A stretch of DNA of 64,000 bases. It comes from Verrucomicrobiota bacterium. Its GTDB lineage: Bacteria; Verrucomicrobiota; Verrucomicrobiia; Opitutales; Cerasicoccaceae. Of the stretch, positions 44,402-54,793 are shown in pieces. Position numbers and translations under genes: made by a program. The stretch is from NCBI GenBank assembly GCA_039818205.1, contig JBCBUK010000007.1:160001-224000 (forward strand). Direction: 5' to 3'. Numbering within the stretch: position 1 is the stretch's first letter; each line of letters begins with the position of its first letter. The notes beneath the pieces were generated by a model. It was not told where the DNA came from. It did not search any database and saw only the letters and a program-made list of their open reading frames with translations.

Positions 44402-45127
44402 ATGACGACATCGGAGACCGCACCGACGGAAGGCAACCAGCCCGAACCTGGATTATACCTTGTTTCCACCCCCATCGGAAACTTGGGCGATATTTCGCAG
44501 CGTGCGATCGAGATTCTAGGCAGTGTCGACCTAATCGCGTGTGAGGATACCCGCACGACCGGCCGCCTCCTAAAGCATATAGGCTCGGGCCGCCCGACCC
44601 TATCCTACCACGATCACAACGAACGTGCTCGAGCGACTGAGCTCGCCGATCGCATTGAAGCCGGAGAATCGATTGCCGTTGTTTCAGATGCTGGCACTCC
44701 AACTTTAAGCGACCCCGGATTCCGCATCACCCGAGAGTGCCACAAACGGGGTCTCCCAGTGATTCCCGTGCCCGGCGCATCTGCCTTGCTTGCCGCAGTC
44801 GCGGCCGCCGGATTACCGACCGACGCGTTTTTCTACACTGGTTTCCTACCACCAAAATCAGCTGCTCGCCGGACCTTTCTAGGTAAGTATCAAGATTTTC
44901 CCCATACCATTGTGCTCTATGAATCTTGCCACCGAATCGAGAAATTCTTGGCCGAGATGCTCGATATCCTTGGCCCAGACAGGGTTGTCTGCATTGCACG
45001 TGAAATTACGAAGCGCTTCGAATCCATCAGGACGAAAACACTTTCTGAACTTGCATCAGAAGGCCTAATTGGCCATAGTAAGGGCGAGTTCGTGATTTTG
45101 ATATCACCTAAAGGATTTACTTTATGA
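44402..45127 (+). CDS. rsmI: 16S rRNA (cytidine1402-2'-O)-methyltransferase
   Basis: LYLVSTPIGNLGD, CEDTR, SDAGTP..SDPG and REITK. Confidence 0.96.
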   Translation: MTTSETAPTEGNQPEPGLYLVSTPIGNLGDISQRAIEILGSVDLIACEDTRTTGRLLKHIGSGRPTLSYHDHNERARATELADRIEAGESIAVVSDAGTPTLSDPGFRITRECHKRGLPVIPVPGASALLAAVAAAGLPTDAFFYTGFLPPKSAARRTFLGKYQDFPHTIVLYESCHRIEKFLAEMLDILGPDRVVCIAREITKRFESIRTKTLSELASEGLIGHSKGEFVILISPKGFTL

Positions 45128-46194
45128 GACTTGGCATCATCGATATCGGCAGCAATTCCATTAAATTGCTTGTGGCCGAAACAGGATCAAATCTCGCCAT
45201 TCACTACGAAACCACCTGGGAAACCCGGATCGGGACCAACCTGGGTGAAAGCGCTGGACCCATTCTAACGAAAAGCGCCGTCGAAAATGCCTGCAACGCC
45301 GTCAAATCTTTGATCGACGAAGCGGGCGGTTATAGCGTCGAACGTTTCTTCATCGCCGCAACTTCTGCGGTTCGCGATGCTCCCAATCGCGATGACTTCA
45401 TTGAGGCCATTCATGAGACGACTGGCCAGAGGTTGCATATTTTGACGGGTGAAGAAGAAGCGGCCTACGTTGCCTGGGGAATCACCTCCGACCCAATCTT
45501 AAAACAATACAAGGAATTTTGCCTGGCAGACCTGGGCGGTGGAAGCCTCGAGCTCATCCATATACGCGACCGACAGACGGTGAAAAAGGTCAGCTTACCG
45601 CTGGGTGCCATTCGTTTGTCCAAGCAGCTGCTGGAAGACCGGCGACTACCGATGAAATCAACGGAAATGCGGCGCATTGTTCGCCGTGTCCGCTCTAGCA
45701 TTGATGATTCGGGTTTTATCTTTCCGCGTAATGTGAACGTTCTCGTTGGCACTGGCGGAGCGCTAACCGTAGCTCGAGCGATTCGGGCGGCGTGGTTAGG
45801 ACAGGATGCGCAAGACTGCGGGCATTCTCTCAATTTGACCTTCCTCCGCCTGCTCTACGTTGAGCTTGCGGCAATGACCCTTAAAGAGCGGATCTGCGTT
45901 CCCGAGCTTCCTGAAGAGCGTGCCGATATCATGCCCACGGCGCTATTGATTCTATTGACAGTCGCCGAGATGGCCGGGGTCGGATCCTACACCTACTCCG
46001 ACTACAACCTTCGATATGGAATTGCGGCCAAGCTTTCCTCGGATCGCGCGATTGGACGCGGAGCACCGCCCTCAATGCCCTATGGGCATGGTGGAAGCCT
46101 CAACAGCACCGCCGCCAGCAATTTATTTGCTGAGACGGAGAGCATTGTCCAACCGGGATCGATTACGCGAAGCGTCATCAAATACCCGAACTAG
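45124..46194 (+). CDS. ppx: Ppx/GppA family phosphatase (short form)
   Basis: IDIGSNS, ATSAVRDA, GEEEA, DLGGGSLE and RADI. Confidence 0.88.
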   Translation: MRLGIIDIGSNSIKLLVAETGSNLAIHYETTWETRIGTNLGESAGPILTKSAVENACNAVKSLIDEAGGYSVERFFIAATSAVRDAPNRDDFIEAIHETTGQRLHILTGEEEAAYVAWGITSDPILKQYKEFCLADLGGGSLELIHIRDRQTVKKVSLPLGAIRLSKQLLEDRRLPMKSTEMRRIVRRVRSSIDDSGFIFPRNVNVLVGTGGALTVARAIRAAWLGQDAQDCGHSLNLTFLRLLYVELAAMTLKERICVPELPEERADIMPTALLILLTVAEMAGVGSYTYSDYNLRYGIAAKLSSDRAIGRGAPPSMPYGHGGSLNSTAASNLFAETESIVQPGSITRSVIKYPN

Positions 46195-47138
46195 CCACGA
46201 AGTTTAATGAGCATTTGCTCGAACGCCCTTGGAATTCGACTGGTAAATCGAATGCTGTGCCCGGTAGTGGGATGCGGTAATTCGAGGCTAACGGCATGAA
46301 GAAAAACATCGGTAATCGGGGTATCGCCCGATCGAGCACGATAACCGTAGGTCGAATCGCCAAGTAGCGGGTGGCCCAAATGGCTCATATGAACGCGGAT
46401 CTGATGAGTTCGGCCCGTATGGATACGACAATGCATAAGCGTGGAACGAACGCCCAATCGTTCCACAACCTTCCAATCGGTGTGTGCGGGTCTTCCATCC
46501 TCCCGGACTTTCATCCGGGTGCGAAAATGAGGGTCACGCTCAATGGGTTCACGAATGCTGCCCGCCTCTAGTGCTGGACTGCCCGATACGATTGCCCAAT
46601 ATTCCTTTTTCGTTTTGCGCTCAGAAAATGATGAAACGAGCGAATAGTAAGCCTCGTCATTTTTGGCGAATACGATCACCCCGGTGGTTTGCTTGTCCAA
46701 GCGATGAACCACACCGGGACGCTCCTCCCCGCCTGCACGTGCAAGCTGCCCATTGGTATGGTGGAGCAAGGCATGGCAAAGGGTCGGCGGGACTACTGCG
46801 GCCCCTGGATGGGTGACAATACCACTGGGTTTGTCGATCGCGATGATGTCCTCATCCTCGTAAAGAACCTCCAAGGGATACGGCATCGGCAGTACGGTGG
46901 TATCAGGAATTGGCGGAAGCAGCACAGAGAGAACATCGCCCTCGGAGACTTTAGTTCGACGGCTAGCGACGACGCCATTCAACTGCACGGCGCCCTCATC
47001 AAATAAACCTTTCAAACGTTCCCGGCTCCAATCGGCCAGGGCATCAGCAAGTGCCTTATCCGCTCGCTTTTGATCGGATTCAGGCGGTACCGTGACCGAT
47101 ACCGCTTCCGGCACAGCCTCTGTTGGCTCGTTCTCCAA
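46191..47138 (-). CDS. RluA-family pseudouridine synthase (RluD-like, with S4 domain)
   Basis: HRLDKQTTG and TGRTHQIRVH. Confidence 0.93.
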   Translation of the reverse strand: MENEPTEAVPEAVSVTVPPESDQKRADKALADALADWSRERLKGLFDEGAVQLNGVVASRRTKVSEGDVLSVLLPPIPDTTVLPMPYPLEVLYEDEDIIAIDKPSGIVTHPGAAVVPPTLCHALLHHTNGQLARAGGEERPGVVHRLDKQTTGVIVFAKNDEAYYSLVSSFSERKTKKEYWAIVSGSPALEAGSIREPIERDPHFRTRMKVREDGRPAHTDWKVVERLGVRSTLMHCRIHTGRTHQIRVHMSHLGHPLLGDSTYGYRARSGDTPITDVFLHAVSLELPHPTTGHSIRFTSRIPRAFEQMLIKLRG

Positions 47139-47142
47139 AATA

Positions 47143-47646
47143 TTACATCCCCTTGTTCCGCAACTCTGTCTCGAGCGCGTTCTGAAAGTCCATCAGGTCT
47201 GCTTCCGATGGACGATATCCCTCCTCGGTGTCCGATCCAGGAATCAGCCCGAGGCGTCCCATCTGATCAACTTGCCATCCCATTGATTTTCCATCGCTGA
47301 AAGTAACGGAGCCGCTCACCATAGATCCGGGGCGCATGACCGCATCCAGCTCAACGGAAACCCCACCAATCGGGCCTTCTTCCAACAGGCTCGCATTTGC
47401 ATCAACGGGTGGTCCCGCGTCAACCGGGGCACTGGGTTCGGCAGGCGCCGTTGACGCCGGCTGCTCGGGTGCGGCCGCCTCTTCATCGACCAGATCTAGC
47501 TCCAGATCATCGACAAGAAATCGCACCTCCATGTAGGTCAACTGAGCGTTGAACTCGCTTTCGATGCGACGTTGGACCTCCGCCAAGCCTTCACCAGCTT
47601 GAACCCAAGATGCTACTTGTTTCTTTTGATCATCCGTCAATTCCAT
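47143..47646 (-). CDS. Hypothetical protein
   Basis: Two small domains joined by a Pro/Ala linker; lies just upstream of the RluA-family gene. Confidence 0.7.
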   Translation of the reverse strand: MELTDDQKKQVASWVQAGEGLAEVQRRIESEFNAQLTYMEVRFLVDDLELDLVDEEAAAPEQPASTAPAEPSAPVDAGPPVDANASLLEEGPIGGVSVELDAVMRPGSMVSGSVTFSDGKSMGWQVDQMGRLGLIPGSDTEEGYRPSEADLMDFQNALETELRNKGM

Positions 47647-47697
47647 AAACGAGGCATTGAAGCAGGGACCGCAGCTGAATCAACTGCAATCGCTTGA

Positions 47698-49896
47698 TTA
47701 TTCTTTCATCCGAAAGCCTTCGACGGCCTCATCATCAGCAAGCTCAGAACGGGCTCCGCTGGCCGGTTCCTTCGAGCGGGATGAATCTTGACTGCGATAG
47801 TAGGCGTAGTTGGCGTGGTAGTACTGGTATTCTCCATCGGCGCTGAGCGGAACGCGGTTGAGGACTAAGCCCGCGAGTTGGCCGGTGTATTTTTCGATGG
47901 TTTGCTTGGCCCGCATAACCATGCGGCGCGGGTGTCGGCGATGTTGAATCACCAGCATGACCGCATCTGCGAGGCTGGCAATCAGTCCGGCATCACTGAG
48001 TCCAAGAACCGGTGGCGAATCCAAAAAGATGGTATCGTAGCGATCCTTCAGTTGGCGCAGCTCAAGCTCCAACTTCTTAACTGACAGTCGATTAAGCGCT
48101 CGCCCGGAATCTCCACTTGATAATAAATCGAGCCCGGGGACCCCAGCGGGGCGGATTGCCTCATCAAGCGGCATCGTTCCATCAAAGACATCTGCCAGAC
48201 CCGGAGATACGGATAGGTTGGCATGGCGATGCTGAACTGGGCGCCGCAAATCGGAGTCAATGATCAGAACGCGTTGCCCGGAAAGCGCCATTACCGAGGC
48301 AAGGTTTCTCAGCGTAGTTGACTTCCCTTCGCCTGGCCCCGCACTTTGCAGTGCGATAACTTTGTGGGTACCCGAATCGCCAAGCAGCTCCAGGTTCGTT
48401 TGCAGAACCCGATAGGGTTCCGCCTGGGTGGTTTCGTAGGACTTGGGTTCAACCAGGTGAAATCCGCGTGGGATGATCCCGAGGGCCGGGAGCTCGGTGA
48501 GTCGCTCAATTTCCTCAACGCCACGGAAGCTATTGTCGCAAAGGTCCACCACCAACGCGACAACAATGCCGAGAACGGATCCGCAAAACAGTGCGGGGAA
48601 AATGATAAAATACCAGACGGGCCATGCGCTGTGTCGCGGTGCTTCCGCCGGGCTCAAAATCTCGATACTTTTCTTCGGTGCCTGGAAATCGATCTCTCGC
48701 TGGCGAAGGGTCAGCTTCATCGTTTGGTAAATTTTCTCCTCTTCACGGAGTTCCTCAACCGCGTCCTCAAATGGGCGCATACGGCTGGTCTCCGAGCTAA
48801 TCTGGGCGGTACGCATTTCTTTGAGCTGGCGTTGCAACTCACCAACACGTGCCTGCGCTTCCAGGTAACTGAGTTCCAACGAACGCTCATAGCCTCGAAG
48901 CATTTGATCCAGTTGCTGGCGAATGGTATCAATACTCCGTTGGGAGGCCTGTAATTCGGGATGCGCTTCGCCGAGTTGCGCTTCGAGCCGAGCATGTTCC
49001 TGTTGCTTAATCATGTAGGCCTCCAGGAGATCCTGAACGTTTTGATCGGAGATCAACTCGGAGTTCACGAGCATCAACCGATCCCCTTCGGGAATGGCTC
49101 GAAAATTCTCCCAACGGGACTTTCTTCCAATCGCATCCACCCGCAATTGTATCAGTGTGCGCTCCAACGAACGGAGGTTTTCGACATCTTGATTGAGCAC
49201 ATCGATATTAATATCGACGCCAGAAATATTCAGTGACTGCCGCAGGCGCTCCACTTCGTCTCGCTTGGCCGAAACGGTTGCGCCCTGCTTGGTCAATTCT
49301 TCCTTGAGGCGGTTGACCCCCTCCGTCTGGTTAGCAGTCGCAAACGCAATTCGATCGGCGGCATAGATCTGAACGGTGGCGTTGGCGATCGCAGCCGCGA
49401 GTTGGGGTTCCCCAATTGTCCAGGCCGACACTCGAATGAGCGAAGCACCTTGCTGGGTAGTTTCCACCTTGATCATGCTTTTGCTAAAGAACGGCCGCCC
49501 CTTCGAGAGCGGGATGCCATCGGCAAGAAAGTGATAGGCCTGCGATTCCGTCAGCGTATGGCCGTCAGCAAACATATCTCCCAATGCCTGCTTGAGCTCC
49601 AGCGCTTCAATCACCTGATAGAGGATTTGCTTACTGGTCAGGATTTCGACCTGCTCCTTCGAAAAGAAGGGATCGTATTGGCCACCTTCTCGTGAAAAGA
49701 GAGCAACCTGCTCCTCTGGCTTGTCGACCTTGATGACCGCCGTGGCCTGATACCAACGCGGCATGGCCCACATGCCGAGGGTGGCACTCATTACGGTTAG
49801 GGCAACGATTGTGATGATCAGCCATCGGCGCAAATACAAGGCGCGCAGATAGAAGCTGAGCGTTCCACTGTCATCTTCTGTATGAGTCGATGGCAT
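47698..49896 (-). CDS. Wzc/GumC-like polysaccharide co-polymerase and tyrosine autokinase
   Basis: Two TM segments around a coiled coil, GEGKST, DSDLRRP, DSPP and a Tyr cluster (EYQYYHANYAYY). Confidence 0.9.
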   Translation of the reverse strand: MPSTHTEDDSGTLSFYLRALYLRRWLIITIVALTVMSATLGMWAMPRWYQATAVIKVDKPEEQVALFSREGGQYDPFFSKEQVEILTSKQILYQVIEALELKQALGDMFADGHTLTESQAYHFLADGIPLSKGRPFFSKSMIKVETTQQGASLIRVSAWTIGEPQLAAAIANATVQIYAADRIAFATANQTEGVNRLKEELTKQGATVSAKRDEVERLRQSLNISGVDINIDVLNQDVENLRSLERTLIQLRVDAIGRKSRWENFRAIPEGDRLMLVNSELISDQNVQDLLEAYMIKQQEHARLEAQLGEAHPELQASQRSIDTIRQQLDQMLRGYERSLELSYLEAQARVGELQRQLKEMRTAQISSETSRMRPFEDAVEELREEEKIYQTMKLTLRQREIDFQAPKKSIEILSPAEAPRHSAWPVWYFIIFPALFCGSVLGIVVALVVDLCDNSFRGVEEIERLTELPALGIIPRGFHLVEPKSYETTQAEPYRVLQTNLELLGDSGTHKVIALQSAGPGEGKSTTLRNLASVMALSGQRVLIIDSDLRRPVQHRHANLSVSPGLADVFDGTMPLDEAIRPAGVPGLDLLSSGDSGRALNRLSVKKLELELRQLKDRYDTIFLDSPPVLGLSDAGLIASLADAVMLVIQHRRHPRRMVMRAKQTIEKYTGQLAGLVLNRVPLSADGEYQYYHANYAYYRSQDSSRSKEPASGARSELADDEAVEGFRMKE

Positions 49897-49985
49897 CTAA
49901 AAGATCAATAAAAGCAGAAGCATAGCCCCTCCACTGGAGGCGCGCAACCCCGTATCATGCCGATAACTTTGGCCCTGAACCAAGA

Positions 49986-51167
49986 CTAAAAGGAATAACG
50001 AGCATAGCCGCCAACCCGATTCCGGACTTGGTTGCGGCCATTGACCTGGGAATCAACAAAGTCGTAATCATAGTTGATCCAGATGGTCAGGTTATCGGTA
50101 GGCAGGTAGGAAATCCCTACCCCAGCACGGTAAGTGTATTCATCGGCGTCGGCAACAAATGTGCGACCATTGAGTTGAGCATACTGGAAAAACCCAGAAC
50201 CCGAGACGGCGACTTTAGGTAAAACAAAATACTCGATATTCAACTGCAGGTCCAAGTTCTCCTGATCGAGGAAGGAAAGTGTGTCGGTAGTCTCAAAGAT
50301 ACCATAGGTGAGAGCTCCCGAGATATAAGACCGCTCAGTTAGCGAATAAACCGCAGTCAATTCACCATAGGGCGAATTGCGGTTCGGGTTGTTCTCGCGG
50401 ATACGGAATTCGGCTCCGACGCGGGCGAGGATGAACAGGCGCTCCGCAAAATTGTAGTCAAAACCCGCGAGTACAAAGTTGCTATAGTTGCTCTTGGGCG
50501 GCGAGTTGTCGGTGTAGTCGTTATACTCGAAACGATACTCTCCGACGAGGGTCAACTCCGGGAGGAAGACATAACCCGCCTCGATACCCGCAATGTGCTG
50601 GAAGCGATCCAATTGATCCGCCAAAATGTTATCATCATAGAACCAAAACTGGTTACGGTATTTTGCGCCGAGCGACCAGATTTCCGTCACATCCCACTCA
50701 ACGGCGAGTTCAACATTATTTGTGAGGTAGGATTGGTCGCTTTGCAAAGCCGCTCCGGCAACAACGGCGGACTCTGGATTTTGAATGTAAGCAAATCGAT
50801 TGCTGATGCTCGCGAAAATATTTGGGGCAAACGTGTGGTCTACTCGCGCCCCCAGGCGGTTGTTGCTCAGCCAGCTTTTGTCGCCTGGACGGTTCTCGAA
50901 AATCAGGATCTCCAGGTCGTAGTCGGCTGAGAAAAATGTCTGATCCGTCAACGACTGATTGTAGTCGAAATGCGGCTGGACCTGACCAACGACACTCGAC
51001 ACTCGGCCGTCCTGTGCTCCAAAAATGTTGGAGTCATAATAAACGCCACCGGTGACCGAGGCGTTGAAGGCATCCCCGCGCTCCTGCGTCGGAATAGGTG
51101 CGTAAACAGCGAACGTGACGGGCGCGAAGCTCGTCAGGAATAGAGACCCGAGCAGTAGTGGCTTCAT
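49986..51167 (-). CDS. Outer-membrane beta-barrel protein (EPS-associated)
   Basis: Signal peptide, YDSNIF, amphipathic strands and a terminal YSF. Confidence 0.85.
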   Translation of the reverse strand: MKPLLLGSLFLTSFAPVTFAVYAPIPTQERGDAFNASVTGGVYYDSNIFGAQDGRVSSVVGQVQPHFDYNQSLTDQTFFSADYDLEILIFENRPGDKSWLSNNRLGARVDHTFAPNIFASISNRFAYIQNPESAVVAGAALQSDQSYLTNNVELAVEWDVTEIWSLGAKYRNQFWFYDDNILADQLDRFQHIAGIEAGYVFLPELTLVGEYRFEYNDYTDNSPPKSNYSNFVLAGFDYNFAERLFILARVGAEFRIRENNPNRNSPYGELTAVYSLTERSYISGALTYGIFETTDTLSFLDQENLDLQLNIEYFVLPKVAVSGSGFFQYAQLNGRTFVADADEYTYRAGVGISYLPTDNLTIWINYDYDFVDSQVNGRNQVRNRVGGYARYSF

Positions 51168-51200
51168 GGAATGTAGTCAGTATGGAGGGAATTGAGCGAG

Positions 51201-52985
51201 CTAGTCAGAGCCAGGACGCCGCGCAAGCGGATCCAAACACACATATACGTTATCCCAAATTTTCATCGGTTTTTGCAAGGGGAAAAACGACGGAAGGCTC
51301 CCCGAGGCCAGGCCGTGGTAAACCGCTCCCCAACCGTAGGCGCGAGCCGCGTCCCTCCCAGCGGTGTTGTGGTCGGCCTTGAGAAGCTGCGTATAGAACG
51401 GACGGTCCAATCGAGTTGGGGTCAATACCAGTGCTCCGATGGGCTGGCGGTCGACAATTTGGGCAAAATCCCCCATAAGCGTTGGCTGCCCCCAGACATT
51501 TCCGCCGCCATACCAACATTGGCCCGCCGGCGAATCCGACATCAAGCCATAGCCTGGATAGAATTTTTTCGCGATATCTTGTTCAATCGACCGGAACACG
51601 ATTGGTGCGTAGGGCGGAAAAGAAAAGTGTGCTCGCACTCCGGGTTGCAAGATCCAGTGGATCAATGGCAGGGCCTGTAACAGGACCACCCCAGCGACCC
51701 ATCCTCGCTTGCTCCATACGGAATAGTCTCCGGCGCTTTCCATTAGGATGAAAAAGAAGCCGGCGCCAAAAATGATGAATAAGGGCGCCAACCAAACACC
51801 GGGAAGCAAGGGTGCCTCAGCTGAGTCCAGAAATGGAGCTCCGAAGGTGAGTACGGCAATCATCGCCAGCGAGTACCAGCGCAACGCATCGGTTTCGCTG
51901 CGCTTAAAACGGTAAAACAAAGCGGCCAAAAAGAAACCGACGAACAAAAACCCGCCACCTTCCCACAGCCCCTCGCTCAGACTGGCACCAATGCCATCCA
52001 AGCCCTTGTTGATTAGCTTGCGCCAGCTGATGGCGGTCATCTCAGCTGTGAAAGTGCTGCGCACAATGGCGGGCTCAGCCGTTGGATCATCGGCGCGCCA
52101 GGCAATCTCCTGCGCCGCCAGTCCGAGCGGATTGCCCGTTAGATCAATGTTCCGCCAAAGCCATGGCGCAATTGTCACCGAAAATGCAACGAGCATGAGC
52201 GCGCCCCAAATGCCGCCCAATCTCCAATTCGGGGACTCATCAGAAACGATCCGACGCCAGGCGAAGTAAGCGAGCGTTGGAATCAATGCAAGGCCCGCGG
52301 GGTAATCTGTCAGAAACAAGAGACCGCACAGTGATCCAGCTAAGACAGGCCAAAGCAGACTGATTCCAGGTTGGCGAATTCGTTCCACCGCAACCCCGAC
52401 AATGACGATCAACAGGATAAAGAAGCTCAAAAGAACGTTCCCGTTGACCCCGAGAACACCGCCCCAAACGCCAGCCGATAAAAGGTAACCCGTCCCCGCC
52501 AACCAGGCGGCCCGCGTGTTAAACAGCAGGTTGGCGATCAATGCAACCAGAGCCAAATTGATCCAGAACAGGAGCAGATTGACTCCGAGTAAGAAAAAGT
52601 CGGCTCGGTAGTAACTGTTCTCAGGATCACTTTCCAACCATGATCGAAGATCCACCGGCAGGACTCCAAGAACGGCTCCCAACACCACCGAATAAGCCGG
52701 TGCTGAATAGAGCTCGGGTAATCGCTCCTCGCCATCGGGGGTCCAGCCATGGCGCTCCTCCATCAGTGCAACGGGTTGGGGCCGCCACACTCCGGTGGTG
52801 AATCCCTGGCCATCGGCCAACGAACGGGCAAGAACCGCTTGATCCATCACGACCTCCCCACCCGGCCCCGTGTAGCGCTTGCCAGACAGGTAGATCGAGA
52901 AAACCACAATAAACAACGTGGCCCCCACATATCGGAAGACGGCACCACCCCGCCCTTCTTCCAGCCAGTGAATAAACTTCTGCAT
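51201..52985 (-). CDS. Integral membrane GT-C fold (ArnT/PMT-like) glycosyltransferase
   Basis: D...LARSL..G.G and PWLWRN..LTGNP motifs with many TM segments. Confidence 0.7.
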   Translation of the reverse strand: MQKFIHWLEEGRGGAVFRYVGATLFIVVFSIYLSGKRYTGPGGEVVMDQAVLARSLADGQGFTTGVWRPQPVALMEERHGWTPDGEERLPELYSAPAYSVVLGAVLGVLPVDLRSWLESDPENSYYRADFFLLGVNLLLFWINLALVALIANLLFNTRAAWLAGTGYLLSAGVWGGVLGVNGNVLLSFFILLIVIVGVAVERIRQPGISLLWPVLAGSLCGLLFLTDYPAGLALIPTLAYFAWRRIVSDESPNWRLGGIWGALMLVAFSVTIAPWLWRNIDLTGNPLGLAAQEIAWRADDPTAEPAIVRSTFTAEMTAISWRKLINKGLDGIGASLSEGLWEGGGFLFVGFFLAALFYRFKRSETDALRWYSLAMIAVLTFGAPFLDSAEAPLLPGVWLAPLFIIFGAGFFFILMESAGDYSVWSKRGWVAGVVLLQALPLIHWILQPGVRAHFSFPPYAPIVFRSIEQDIAKKFYPGYGLMSDSPAGQCWYGGGNVWGQPTLMGDFAQIVDRQPIGALVLTPTRLDRPFYTQLLKADHNTAGRDAARAYGWGAVYHGLASGSLPSFFPLQKPMKIWDNVYVCLDPLARRPGSD

Positions 52986-54377
52986 TTACTCGGTGTCCAG
53001 TTCCGGCCAGCGGGCCAGCTTGCGGTGGAGGGTTCGCCGGGAAATACCCATTAGCTGGGCCGCCTTGGTTCGGTTTCCTTTTGCCTCCTGGAGGGCTCGG
53101 CGCAGTAACCGCTTCTCGCTTTCTTCCTTCGAAAGAGGTGGTTGACCCTCCGCCGTACCGCTACCCGCGCCACCGGATTCGTCCGTGAGGCGAGCCGCCG
53201 TTTCACCATCACCGAGGAAGCGCGGATCGAGATCGTACTCAGTGATCTCGCCCCCCCGTTTCATGACCACGAGGTTTTCGCAAAAATTGCGCAACTCCCG
53301 AATATTACCAGGCCAGGGATAGCGTTGAAGAACGCTCAACGCGGAAGTCGTCAAACGCGGCTTGGCCAGATCATTCTCTTTTGCGAACGCACCAATAAAG
53401 TGATCGAGCAACATTGGAATATCGTCCAACCGGTCGCGCAAGGGCGGCAACACGATCGGAACCACATTGAGCCGGAAATACAAGTCTTCGCGAAATCGGC
53501 CCGCATCGACCTCCGCCCGAAGGTTTCGGTTAGTCGCACAGACGAGGCGGACATCCACCGCAATCTGTTTCATACTACCCAAGCGCTCCACGGTTCTAGT
53601 CTCCAGAAAGCGAAGCAACTTTACCTGAGTCGGTGCATCGATTTCTCCGATTTCATCAAGGAAGAGTGTGCCACCGTCGGCGGCCTCAAACCGACCAATG
53701 CGACGTTCCGTGGCACCCGTAAACGCACCCTTCTCGTGGCCAAAGAGTTCACTCTCAAGCAAGTTAGCGGGAATCGCGGCACAATGAACCGGTACGAATG
53801 CACCTCGGCTACGAGAACTGTTTTGATGGATCATTTGCGCGATGAGTTCCTTACCCGTGCCCGTTTCGCCATTGAGCATGACGGTGGCCTTAGTCGGCGC
53901 GACCTGCTTGACCTCATCCAGGACGCGTTGCAGCGGTTCGCTGTTGCCGATAATTCCCTGGAAGCTGAATTTCTGATCGAGCCGCTCGTGAAGAACCCGG
54001 TTCTCCGCCTCCATATTTCGCGTCTTGAGCGCCCGCTTGATGAGAATATCGAGCTTTTCAAGATTCAAAGGCTTTGTCACAAAATCGTAGGCACCCCGCT
54101 TCATCGCTTCCACCGCGGTTTCGACATTGCCGTATGCGGTCATCATGATCACCACGGGGTGGTAGGCCATCTTCACGGCTTTATCGATAACCGACAAGCC
54201 ACTCTTGCCGGCCATACGGAGATCCGTCAGGACTACCGTAAACTCATCGGCTTCCAGTAAGCGAAATGCCTCGTCGGCATCACGCGCGACTGACACTTCG
54301 TAGTCGTCTTCGAATGCGGCCAATAAGCCTTCACGGGTATGCTTCTCGTCGTCAACGATGAGGAGGCTTTGCATCAT
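52986..54377 (-). CDS. Sigma-54-dependent response regulator (NtrC family)
   Basis: Receiver domain, [22 protein letters not shown] and a Fis HTH. Confidence 0.96.
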   Translation of the reverse strand: MMQSLLIVDDEKHTREGLLAAFEDDYEVSVARDADEAFRLLEADEFTVVLTDLRMAGKSGLSVIDKAVKMAYHPVVIMMTAYGNVETAVEAMKRGAYDFVTKPLNLEKLDILIKRALKTRNMEAENRVLHERLDQKFSFQGIIGNSEPLQRVLDEVKQVAPTKATVMLNGETGTGKELIAQMIHQNSSRSRGAFVPVHCAAIPANLLESELFGHEKGAFTGATERRIGRFEAADGGTLFLDEIGEIDAPTQVKLLRFLETRTVERLGSMKQIAVDVRLVCATNRNLRAEVDAGRFREDLYFRLNVVPIVLPPLRDRLDDIPMLLDHFIGAFAKENDLAKPRLTTSALSVLQRYPWPGNIRELRNFCENLVVMKRGGEITEYDLDPRFLGDGETAARLTDESGGAGSGTAEGQPPLSKEESEKRLLRRALQEAKGNRTKAAQLMGISRRTLHRKLARWPELDTE

Positions 54378-54514
54378 GCCAGCCGAGCTTGCTCGAAATC
54401 AGTTCGCTGGCAAACCCTATTGCGCCAGAATGGCGCATTTTTCACGTTAACAAAACCTCAAAAGCCCGCTGTCGCCCATGTCCACATCTTTTCGAAATTT
54501 TCCCGTTTTCCCCC

Positions 54515-54543
54515 TTGACTGGCAATACCCACAAACATACTTT
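54515..54543 (+). promoter_or_regulatory. Sigma-70 promoter of tRNA-Thr
   Basis: TTGACT-N17-TACTTT, ending 15 nt before the tRNA. Confidence 0.7.
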
Positions 54544-54558
54544 CCTCGGCTTTTCTTG

Positions 54559-54634
54559 GCCACCTTAGCTCAGCTGGTAGAGCGGTTGATTTGTAATCTC
54601 CAGGTCGTCGGTTCGACTCCGACAGGTGGCTCCA
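54559..54634 (+). tRNA. tRNA-Thr(TGT)
   Basis: Acceptor stem GCCACCT/AGGTGGC, D stem GCTC/GAGC, anticodon loop TTTGTAA, T arm GTCGG-TTCGACT-CCGAC and an encoded CCA. The anticodon stem has two mismatches. Confidence 0.9.
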
Positions 54635-54669
54635 TTTTTCCTGAAGGCTGAATCGCCTTTGAATATGCC

Positions 54670-54710
54670 AAAACCCGCATCATTACTAAGATGGCGGGAT
54701 TTTTTGTTTT
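54670..54710 (+). terminator. Terminator downstream of the tRNA
   Basis: CCCGCATC-loop-GATGGCGGG followed by a T-run. Confidence 0.6.
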
Positions 54711-54793
54711 CCAACCCCAGAGAGCGACTCGATTGAGATAGGAATTTCAAAATTGTTGAAAAATCCAGTATATTGGTCTATTCAGGTCTACCT

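Noticed and set aside
53142..54260. 372-aa plus-strand ORF
   Set aside because: It is the antisense shadow of the sigma-54 regulator.
54408..54423. TGGCA...TTGC as a sigma-54 promoter
   Set aside because: The GG-to-GC spacing is 11 nt rather than the required 10.
54565..54750. 61-aa minus-strand ORF
   Set aside because: It overlaps the tRNA gene and is spurious.
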